A stretch of 64,000 nucleotides of DNA from Macrostomum hystrix (lineage: Eukaryota > Animalia > Platyhelminthes). The translations under genes were made by a program, and so were the position numbers. Positions 51,132 through 62,189 of the stretch are shown here, one piece after another. Position 1 is the stretch's first letter. Each line of letters begins with the position of its first letter. The stretch spans positions 12,090,001 to 12,154,000 of the forward strand of contig CATNEN010000001.1 in NCBI GenBank assembly GCA_950097015.1, written 5' to 3'. A model generated the notes under the pieces. It made no database searches and was not told where the DNA came from. It was given only the letters and a program-made list of their open reading frames with translations.

Positions 51132-52707
51132 CTTGGGAAAATAATAAGCTTTTAAGTAAATATCATAAGATTTATAAAGACAAACATTAGATTTTCAGGA
51201 AAAAAAGCATGGAATTTACAGGAGAAAGCCTACGATTTTAAGAAGAAAGCATGCAAATTCCAGATGGCAGCATAAATGATCCAGGGGAGCATGAATTATC
51301 GATAAAAAGCGTGAATATTCAAAGGGAAGCAAAAGTTTTCGAGAACGAAGCATTATCTGTCAAGAGGGAAGCATAAATTATCGAGAGGAAGCATGCATTA
51401 TCCAGGGGAAAGCATGAGTTGTCGACGAAAAATCATGAATTATCGAGTGGAAGCCTGGGTTATCGAGAGGAAACCATAAATTATCAAGAGGGTAGCATTA
51501 ATTATCGAAAGGGTTAGAATGTATTGTCGAGAGGGTCGCGTGGTTCATCGAGGGTAGCGTGATGTATTTGTACGGTGGCATGCTCTGCCATCGCGGTAGC
51601 ATGATTTTACAAGGGATGGCATGGCTGCAGCCTATATACAATCGAATGATCTCGACTTCGATCATTGTGCCGCTTTCTTTTCATCTAGTTTCGAGGTTTA
51701 TCAGTACTTTTGTTTTGCAGAATGCAGGTCAAATTTCAGCACCACTTTAGCTAAAAAGCTTATTTTTTATTCTATCATCAACAGTTAAAAACGTGAGTAA
51801 CCGTTTTTATGTTTATTAGTATTTTAGGTACAAGTAACTGCTAGTATTTAGCGCCTTTGATTAGCTACTCTCGAAGCAAACATTTGTTAGGTAAATTATA
51901 CTCTCGCTCGGAGACAAGAATAAAATAAGTTTCGAGAGCAGCAGCAAGTTTTATTCGATACAAAACAGAGGAAAGAATTTTCGAGCATATACTCGTACGC
52001 TCGTACCTGCCAGCGTTATTAGATTCAGAAATATGAGAAAATATTTTGAGCAAAGTTATTAGCATTTTTCATTTTTCATTTGAACATTTTTCAAGCATAG
52101 CTGCATGCGTTATCAGATTCAGAAGTAAAAAATATGCGAAGCATAGCTAAAACCGTCATTCTTTTTTATATCAGACCTTGCTTCAAGCGTTACTCGATTT
52201 AAAACTAACTGAAGACTGTTTTTTTCAAGCAGGACGACTTATACTTTTTTATCTTATGAAAGAATAATTTTTGAAGAAAACATGAAATTAAAAAACATTG
52301 CGCTGGATATATGCATGCATGAGATATCAAGTATGAAGCATGGAGTTTGTGAGGAAAAGCATTAAATATATTGGGAATATCTTGAACAGATAGCATGACA
52401 TTTCCAAGAGAAAAAACATCTCCAGGGGATAACATGATACTTTAGGGTATTCTATTTTTTTCAAGAGAATAAGCTCATTGATCTGATGAGAAAGCATGAC
52501 TTATCGAGGGCTGAGCATGAATTTTCGGGGGAGCATGTATAAATAACTGATTATCGAGGGGGGGCATGGTTTAACGAGGGGCTAGAATGAATTGTTGAGG
52601 GTTGGAGGTATTGTCGGGGTGGCATGTTTTATATAGGTGTAGCACAAATTATCGAGGAGGAAACATGGATTTTCAAGAGAGGAAATATGAACTATTAAGG
52701 GGAATTT

Positions 52708-52985
52708 AATTAATTGATTACACCTGCCCCAATTGGGTCAGTTGTGCAGCCGACAGCACAGCCGCAGCTATTGCGCGGCGCATCTGAAGGCTGCGTACAG
52801 CTGTTCAGTCCATGGACTGGGGGGACGCCACTCCCACCTTCAATTATCCCAGCTGATGCTGGCACCCATTTAACATCTGGGTGGACTGAAGCAATGCAGA
52901 GTTAAGTGTCTTGCTAAAGGACACAAATTGTTCCAGTGGAGTCGGGAATCGAACCCCCGACCTTTAAGTCGTGAATCCGACGGTT
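52708..52985 (-). mobile_element. tRNA-derived SINE family 2 with a CORE-like central domain
   Basis: Minus strand GGTTCGATTCCC B box, then GTGTCCTTTAGCAAGACACTTAACTCTGCATTGCTTCAGTCCACCCAGATGTTAAATGGG. Confidence 0.75.
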
Positions 52986-54138
52986 CAGGCGGTTTGCGTG
53001 AATTATCGAGGTGTAGCATATTTTATCGAGGGGTTTGCTAAATTATCAAGTTTGGTTGCTAAAATTATCGAGGGGAAGCATGAATTATCGACGAAATAGC
53101 ATGAATTATCGACGAAATAGCATGAATTATCGACGAAATAACATGAATTATCGACGAAATAACATGAAGTATCGACGAAATAACATGAATTATCATGAGT
53201 AAAACCGGAACTGTCGAAGTGGTAGCATGACTTGTCGAGGGCGGAGCGTAAATTGTCGAGGGAGTAAAATGCATTATCAAGGGGAAAGCATAAATCATCA
53301 GAGAGCACCGAGGGCCGATTCTCTTAATTGAATTGGATTGCGTCACTACTTTTCTTACCCGCGAGTGTGTTAGCCGAACAGAGGGTCCGATACCGCCAAT
53401 CGAATAGGATTGCGTCACTGCTTTTAGCACTCGTACGTGCAAGCGAATGATAGCGGCTACATTAATACATACGTTACCATAATGTGATACTAGTACTAAC
53501 AGTGACCTAACTATTATAAATTAGAAACAATAAATATTTTCCTGAACACAATTGCTGTGATAAAAGCAGAGTTAAAAAACTGCTGATATGATGTCATTAT
53601 AAATATATTGAGCCTAGAAAGCTTTTCTGGTACACTGGGAGCTTGGAGCGAGATCCGAAGTGAAAACTGAGAAGACTAAAACTCGACTACGAGTTGTTCG
53701 TAGCGACCAAGTCTTGGTAGTCTTGGCAGACGCTATTGACTAATACTTATTGGGACAATCCAACATTGAAGAGAAGGCCCAATAATCCCCATACGAAGCA
53801 TTAGATTTTCAGGAAAAAGCATGAGCTTTCCAGGGGACAGCATGAGATTTTCTAGGGGAGAAGTAATGGCTTTTAGTGAGAAGTAAAGTTTTTTAGTGTA
53901 ACAGCAATTTTTTCGATACTAAGACCATATCCAATAGCTGCATGGCTGCATGGCTGAATCGCTGCATGCTCAACAATATCCGCTGGAGAAAAGCCAGGCG
54001 GCGGTGCATAAAAAGCGTCGAACCTTAGTCAGCCTAAGGCTACACGTATAAAACTTTCGCCGTTAGTTCCATTAATCAGACTTTAAAACCGGCAAGTCTT
54101 TAAACCAAACGATTCGCGCCCAAAAGTCGAGCCCAAAA

Positions 54139-56291
54139 ATGCTGCGCCTTGGTAAGCTCAGAAATTTTCTTAATTTTCAGCACCTTAATGCTTTAAGTGT
54201 TTTCTGTTCTCTATCCTCTTCGTTTAATTTGTAGTGCTGCTTGTGCTGACCGCTGCGGTGGCTCAAGCCTCAGTGTCCATCACCAGCTCCAGCTTGGACG
54301 GGCCGCATCCGTCCACCATGGAGCTGGAAGTTCAACTGCCGTACACCAACAAGAAAGTCCGCATTCCACTGACTAAGACCGAGGCGTTCGAGAATGTGCC
54401 AATGACAGTTGCCGAGAATGGCGTCGAGAGGACGTTTTCGGCCCGTCAGCTTCATCACGCCAACCACGCTCACTACAGGGACATCGACACCGAGTCAGTG
54501 ATCAGCGTCCGACACGTGAACGGTCAGAAGCGCATCAGCGGTCACGTGATGCACGAAGGAGTCTCGTACTTCCTGGAGCCTACGGGCAAATCAGAGCACA
54601 GAGTCACAAAGAACATCGCCAAGCCGGATGGCATTGAATCGCAGATTAACACGAATAAAACCTTGCGAGCTGTGAGCCGCAAGAAGCGACAGTCAAACCA
54701 AGGAACCACGGAGTACGAGGTTGAGATAAGGCTGCTTGCTGATCACACTGTGTGGAACGCTTTCAAGACAATCTATGGCTCCGATGACACAGCCATGACG
54801 GAGATTCACTACTACTACACGCACATTTTGAACGGCGTGGACACGGCTTTCAGAAATATCGGCTCGCCGTCGATGAGTATCAAGTGCATCGGCTTCACTG
54901 TGGCCAAGACCCAGGCAGACGCACCCTGGATGCCTCCAGCTGGTTCTGCTGATGGTGAGTGTTAATGATACTTAAAATCAAGCTTGTATTTAGATTCGGT
55001 ATAAAGGAAAAATTGTTTCTCATTGTTTATTGGTGAGTGAGAGCATGGTTAGATTCAAATTTCTCTTCCGCATTTCAGCCAACAATGGAGCCGCTATCCT
55101 GGGCTACATAATGACCTATTCGAAGGACAAGGGAGCCGATCACGTGATGGCATTCACGCGCACCGACATCCAGAATGACGACAAATCCGACATCTTCGGC
55201 ATGGCCTACGTTGGCGGCGCCTGCCAGGAGACGCGCCAGAGCATCAACGAGGACCAGGGCCTCCACAGCTGGGGCACCGCTTCGCACGAGCTGGCCCACA
55301 ATTTGGGCTCCCGTCATGACAACGACGAAGATCAGTGCAAGAAGGCTTCGAAGTATCTCATGACACCCTGGCCAAACTCTTATAGTCTCAGCGATGTAAT
55401 GAACTCCTATCGGTTCTCACCCTGCACCGTGAAGTACATTCAGAACTACATTAAGAGCGGTAATAAAATATTAATGAACTTGTATATTTATATCTGAATT
55501 AGTATTGCACGGTCGAAGAAAATAATATTTGCAGGATGGTTGTGAGCACTGGCAAATTATTTAGTGACATTTGACCCGCAGTCAGCAAGATTCAATACTG
55601 CCTATTTATCTGTCTACTGAGCGATATCATCGCAGAGACACCGTACATCTACCCTGACGTTTTCATCGTCATGTAGTGTACTCTTTCACTAACCCTTGAT
55701 GGTTTGCCCCCCCCCAAGGGCGTCGCAAATTACACGACAAGCCCCCAAGCCTTCTCTCCACGGCTGCGCCCCAAATATATGTAGCTTTCTATATGGAACT
55801 TTCCAGGAAATGCCAACTGTCTGAGGAGCCGTCAGGGCGTATCGGTCACCTCCATGACTGCCGCGGGTCGAGAGGGCAGTCGCATGACTCTCGACCAGGT
55901 GTGCCGACTGGCTTATCCGAGCAGCCTTGGCAAGTTTATCCTCACTGACGATGTCTTAAAAAATCCGGCAACAATCTGCGCCGAAATTTTCTGCTTACCG
56001 ACAGCTGAATCCTCCTACGGTGTCTCAAACTATGGTCTTCGCGCACCGATCGGCTCGCCTTGCGGCAACAAGAAGAGCTGCAACTGGAACGGAGAGTGCG
56101 CGGCCGACGATGCGGCCCCGGCCGCCGACGAGGCCTGCTTCTGGGGCGACTCCTGGGGCGATACCTGCGCCGGCTGGAGGAACAGCATCAAGTACATGCG
56201 CGACAGAAACGAGATAGCCAATTCCAAGACTTTATGTGCTCAATCGCTGAGCGGCTGCTGCAGAACTCTCAAGGCTCTGTGCACTTTTTGA
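54139..56291 (+). CDS. Secreted M12B/ADAMTS-like metalloprotease, type A copy 2 (~532 aa)
   Basis: Exons 54139-54151, 54235-54954, 55079-55459 and 55807-56291. HELAHNLGSRHD, YLMTP. TATAAAA at 54047-54053. Confidence 0.9.
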
Positions 56292-56604
56292 TTGGCAATA
56301 GACGATAAGCTCTGAATTGATTTACAATCACAATCAATTGAAGTCACAACTCGGCCCGTCTGGTTTGTGGTCTTTTCTCCCCGCATCAGTAATTTTTGAA
56401 CTGATGCGGAAAATGAAATGGTTATTTTGTGAAAAAAAATTGTTTTCAAACTACATGAGGAAAAATAATTGCCGAATAGAGACTCGTTTCCATGTTTTGA
56501 TTCGGGGTTACTGATAGAAAATGACTGAGCGCTGTGGCAATCGGAAAAATGCCAAGGACCCATTTTAATGAAAAAGCAAACCCATTAGAAAATACTAGTA
56601 TAAA

Positions 56605-56872
56605 ATGATAATAATAATTTCAATTGGGCTTTGGGCAATGGAATAACATTTGGTGACACTAGACTCTCAACCATCGAGGAGGCAATTCTGTCCATTTCGC
56701 TGGCTCCTGAGCACATACGCACACAGATACTGTTCGCAGGCACACGCTCACACAGACACAGGTGCTTGCATCTGCCCTGAATTTTGTATCATCAGGCAGT
56801 GAACATTTTCAGGCAGCGCCTTTGAGGTTGGCCCTCAAGGGCGTCAATTGCTCGACAAGCCCACAAGCCTTC
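56605..56872 (-). mobile_element. SINE family 1 copy downstream of protease A2 (same position as 32150-32337 relative to A1)
   Basis: (TAA)n then TTTGGTGACACTAGAC..GAGGAGGCAATTCTG..CATCTGCCCTGA..GACAAGCCCACAAGCCTTC. Confidence 0.7.
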
Positions 56873-57004
56873 AGAAAATTGTCCTGTGATAGATCTTTTT
56901 TGCACCTTCAAAACAAGTCCGATCAGCTCAATTAGAGCATTCTAGTCTCTAGATGAAGTAGTATGCAAAGGAGCGATTCTAAGACAAATTTATAATTACA
57001 ATTA

Positions 57005-57601
57005 CAATCCACAAACCAGTATCCTCATTCTTATTCAGGACTCGATGAGAACAAAAGGTACCCGCCCCTTCTGCAACTCTTTATTTCCAATCCACAAACC
57101 AGTATCCTCATTCTTATTCAGGACTCGATGAGAACAAAAGGTACCCGCCCCTTCTGCAACTCTTTATTTCCAATCCACAAACCAGTATCCTCATTCTTAT
57201 TCAGGACTCGATGAGAGCAAAAGGTACCCGCCCCTTCTGCAACTCTTTATTTCCAATCCACAAACCAGTATCCTCATTCTTATTCAGGACTAGATGAGAA
57301 CAAAAGGTACCCGCCCCTTCGGCAACTCTTTATTTCCAATCCACAAACCAGTATCCTCATTCTTATTCAGGACTAGATGAGAACAAAAGGTACCCACCCC
57401 TTCTGCAACTCTTTATTTCCAATCCACAAACCAGTATCCTCATTCTTATTCAGGACTAGATGAGAACAAAAGGTACCCGCCCCTTCTGCAACTCCTTATT
57501 TCCAATCCACAAACCAGTATCCTCATTCTTATTCAGGACTCGATGAGAGCAAAAGGTACCCGCCCCTTCTGCAACTCTTTATTTACAATCCACAAACCAG
57601 T
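57005..57601. repeat. 83-bp tandem repeat, ~7 copies
   Basis: AATCCACAAACCAGTATCCTCATTCTTATTCAGGACTCGATGAGAACAAAAGGTACCCGCCCCTTCTGCAACTCTTTATTTCC, with starts at 57006, 57089 and onward. Confidence 0.96.
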
Positions 57602-58259
57602 GCTTTTTCCCCCAGAAGAAAGCAATCTTCCTTCTTCGCTGATTCCAAATCCAAAAAATAACGCCCATATTCACAACCCAACAACTTTAACTCTTCTAGC
57701 TAGGGTGCTCATTCACCGAAAAACTAATATTCTCAATAAAAATGTTTTCAATCGTCTCTCCAGGATCTTATTACTAAGCGCACGAGCCCAAATACAATAG
57801 TAAGTACCAATGCAAACAAGGCTGCAGCGAGTACATGAGGAAATATTGGCCCAACGTCGATATCAACGTTCGTAATGTCAATTTAGCAGTTAAGAGTCAC
57901 TGGTTTCATAAGTATGGAGTAATTATAAAGGACTATGGCAGCTACTATAACCTTGCAGAAATTATTATGCAACTGCGTTTAAAAAAGCAAGCCGAAACTC
58001 TGCATTAAATGTCAGGACCAAAACTTCTGCCACGCTGGGCGACCAAAGCTTCGCGGAATTCGGTCGCTACTCCCAGTATTGGTCGCAACTAATGGGACAG
58101 AAATTCATTGCACAGCAGGGAAGAGAGGCTTACTACACATGCACTCCCCTCTATTGATTTTAGAGCTCAAAATTAGATTTAGGACGAATTGGGGCGAGGT
58201 TTGAACTGGGTCCATTGATAATAGCTCCGATGGACTTAAACTTTGCACCGATCACTCGC

Positions 58260-58725
58260 ATTGATGATGATCCCCAGTTGACAATGTTCCCCCAGTTGAC
58301 AATGATCCCCCAGTTGACAATGATTCCCCAGTTGACAATGATCATCCAGTTGACAATGATCCCCATTTGATGATGACTCCCCATTGATGATGATCCCCAG
58401 TTGACAATGATCCCCCAGTTGATGATTATCACCCAGTTGACAATGATCCCCCAGTTGACAATTATCCTCCAGTTGACAATGATCCCCCATTTGATGATGA
58501 CTCCCCATTGATGATGATCCCCAGTTGACAATGATCCCCCATTTGATGATGACTCCCCATTGATGATTATCACCCAGTTGACAATGATCACCCAGTTGAC
58601 AATGATCCCCTGTTGATGATGATCCCCCAGTTGATGATGATCACCCAGTTGATGATGATCACCCAGTTGACAATGATCCCCTGTTGACAATGATCACCCA
58701 GTTGACAATGATGCCCCAGTTGACA
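58260..58725. repeat. ~18-bp minisatellite
   Basis: CCCAGTTGACAATGATCC and CCCATTGATGATGATC units. Confidence 0.93.
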
Positions 58726-60126
58726 ACGTGCGTGCCAAGTGACAAAGTACATGCCAAGAGGGTACTCTTGGCATGTACTTTGTATTGCGTAATGCGCTCA
58801 TGACTGGGCTTCACGTCGGCAGCCACTATGTGGCTGCGACTATATAAGAACTCAAATACATGGCCCAAGAGGCCACGTTCCTTACTCACTCAACTGCACT
58901 ACAGTCAAGAAGTAAAGTAATAAATAATAAAATAAATAAATAAAATTAATAAAATGAATAAAAAATACATTTACTATTTTGCAGAATGCAGGTCGAATTT
59001 CAGCATCAGTTTTGTTACTGCTTTTTCTTCTTCTAATTTTCTATCATCAACAGTTAGAAACGTGAGTTCCTGTTTATTATTCTTTTTATTTACTAGGCCT
59101 TTTTGGTTCTAGAATAACAAGTAAGCGCTTTCTATTATCTACTGTGAAGGCAAACATTTGTTAGATAATTATTATTCTTCTCGCTGTGAGAAAAGAATAT
59201 AAGTTATTTTGAGTGTTACAGCAAGTGTTATTCGATTCGAAGACTAATGAAAGATTTTTTGAGCATTGCTGCAAGTTTTATCAGATTCAATAAAAAACGT
59301 TGAGCACAGCCAAAAGAGTTTTTTATTTTTACTTTAAACATATTCTCGAGCACTGATTTAATGGTGATTCTAAATTAACTAAATTAAGACTGTCGAAGAA
59401 TGCGTAGCTGTTAGTGCTTTCTTCAAAACTTAAGAAAATGTTCCGTTTCCAGCGTTGCTACAATCGTTATTAGATTCAAAACTAAATGAAGACTGTTCGG
59501 TAGCTTCCGGCTGCGCAGTGTCAGTCAAATCTAATAGGATAGTTTTATCATTCCAATTCTCTAATAAACAAATTAATAGAAAAAACTGTGGTTTGCAATT
59601 GAGCTGAAAAAGTATTAAGAAATATGAATGGCTTAGAATCCACATTGGCTTTAAATAAGCAATCAAAAAGTTTCCTTAAGGTTAACAGCCACCAATATTG
59701 ACCACACCGTCTAATGATTGAGAAAAGAGAATAAATAGATTTCAAAAACGGGCTAAAAACGTATATAGTTGATATCTGAACATCGTCTGAACCTCGGTTA
59801 GAAATAAATGCCGCTGCACATGAGGTCCAACTAGGGCAGGTGTAATCAATTATTACATTAAATGGTATTTAAAAGTTTTAGCAAAATCCGTAAAGATTGA
59901 ATGCACATGGTCAACAATATCTAATGAAGAATCAAGTCCGCGACTTCTCACGCTTTAAACTTAATTTCCGGAGTCCACCGTGTTTCAAAAGCAGTTCAAA
60001 CATGATCGCAAACAAAAAGGCATTCGAACACCGGAAAGATTTTGCATATAAAAGTGTCTGCGCACTAGTGCTCAAAGCAGACACTCAACGAAGAATCTTC
60101 GAGCTCTTAGGAAGCAACTCATCAAA

Positions 60127-61987
60127 ATGAAGTATCTGGGTAAGTCAGCAGTCGCACTTTTGCAAGACTAATGAATCATTTTATCGCATTGACAGCCTTG
60201 AACAAGTACCCTGAAACTGTCCACAGCAGCAGTGCTCCTGCTTAGCGTCTTAGCGGTGGCCAACGCGTCTGTCTTGGTCAGCCGAACCAGCAATGACGGC
60301 CGTCATCCGTCATCGATGGAGATCGAAGTGAAGCTGCCGAATGAAAAGACGGTGCGCATTCCCCTGACGAGGACGGACGACTTTGAGAACATTACCATGA
60401 CGGTGCTGGACAACGGACTGTCGACTACGTTCTCGTCGAGTCAGGTGCACGACGATAGCCACGCTCACTACAGAGACATTGCTTCCAAGTCAGTGATCAG
60501 CGTTCGCGAGGCGGACGGCAAGCGGCGGATCAGTGGTCACGTGATGCACGAGGGCACCTCGTACTTTCTGGAGCCGATCGGAGACTCTGAGCACCGCGTC
60601 ACCATGAACACTGCCAACCCGGAGCTCATGGCCAAGCAGATTGACATCGGACAGCCGGAAATTCAGAGCCGCAAGAAGCGACAGTCGAACAGGTCTCCGA
60701 CTACCTTCGTTGTCGAGCTCCACCTGCTGATTGACGACACCGTGTGGTCGCAGATGCGCTCGATCTTCGGAGACGCCAAGGCGCTCACAGAGCTGCACTA
60801 CTACTACACCCACATCCTGAACGGAATCGACACTTCCTACAGGAACATGGGCTCACCTTCCATCAGCGTGAAGTGCATCGGCATCACGATCGCAAAGAGC
60901 TCCTTCGATAGCCGTTGGATGCCTGCTTGTGAGTTTTCATGTGCATCATATTCCTCATCAAAGCAGAAAGTAAGTAAACCTGCCGTGTTCAACAAATTCA
61001 CGCCTTCACGCCTCACGCATTTGTTCAGCCCTCGATGGAGGCGCTATCCTGTCGTCCCTGGCTTCCTACATCTCGGGCAAGACCGGCGACCACTTCATGG
61101 CCTTCACTCGGAAGGACATCACCGGCGACGGAAGCTCTTCGGTGTGCGGCATGGCCTACGTGAGCGGAGCCTGCACTGCTCGTCGCGTCAGCATCAACGA
61201 GGACCAGGGTCTGCACAGCTGGGGCACCGCCGCCCACGAGCTGGGCCACAATCTGGGCTCGCCCCACGACGGCTCTGGCAACAGCTGCAACCCCGGCTCC
61301 AAGAACCTTATGTCGCCGTCCACCCAGATCTATAGCCTTGCGGATGTGCACAACTCCTACCGATTCTCGTACTGCACAGTCAACAGCATCAACAACTACA
61401 TCAACAGTTTGGGTGAGTTTAGTTATCTGCTAAATTCATTGCGACTAATGTGCAACAATGATGTCATATGAGTGCAATCTTGTCTCCTTCTTTCCCTTTC
61501 GATTTTCATTGCCTCAGGCTCCTCTAACTGCCTGAAGAGCACGGACGGTAGTCAGGTTCCGCAGCTGGCCGAGGACGTTCTCGAGGGCACCCGCCTCTCG
61601 CTCGACCAGGTGTGCAAGCTCAGCTTCCCCAACAGCATGGGCAAGTTCATGGTGAGCAACAACGTGGTCAACAACCCGTCGGAGATCTGCGCCTCCATCT
61701 ACTGCCAGACGACACCGTCGAGCGGCAACACTGGCGGCGGTCTTCGCGCTCCAGTCGGAACACCGTGCGGCAGCCAGAAGAGCTGCAACTGGAACGGACA
61801 GTGCACGGCAGACCCTCGGGTGCCAGTGATCAACATGGCATGCTTCTTTGGCGACGCTGCTCCGGCTGAGCAGTGCCAGAGCTTCTACCAGACCATCTCC
61901 GCTGCGCCGAACTCAGCCACCAGGAGCTACTACTGCAACCAGGTGAAGTCGATCTGCTGCAAGACCCTGGCCAGCGTCTGCGCCTGA
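60127..61987 (+). CDS. Secreted M12B/ADAMTS-like metalloprotease, type B copy 3
   Basis: Exons 60127-60139, 60233-60928, 61029-61412 and 61518-61987. Protein essentially identical to the other B copies. TATAAAA at 60047-60053. Confidence 0.9.
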
Positions 61988-62189
61988 GCAGTTTCGGCCG
62001 CGCTGCGTAGATCAGCAATGGACTGACATGTCTGTGACCAACTGCTGATTGAAATATATTGACAAAATTTTAACCTGAGAACTGATTTCGGGTATATGAC
62101 TGTACAATAAGTTCGGAGTTTATTTCGACACCATCCATAACCGACTAGCAAGTAATTTTGACTTAAGGTATTTTAACAAATTATAGCCA

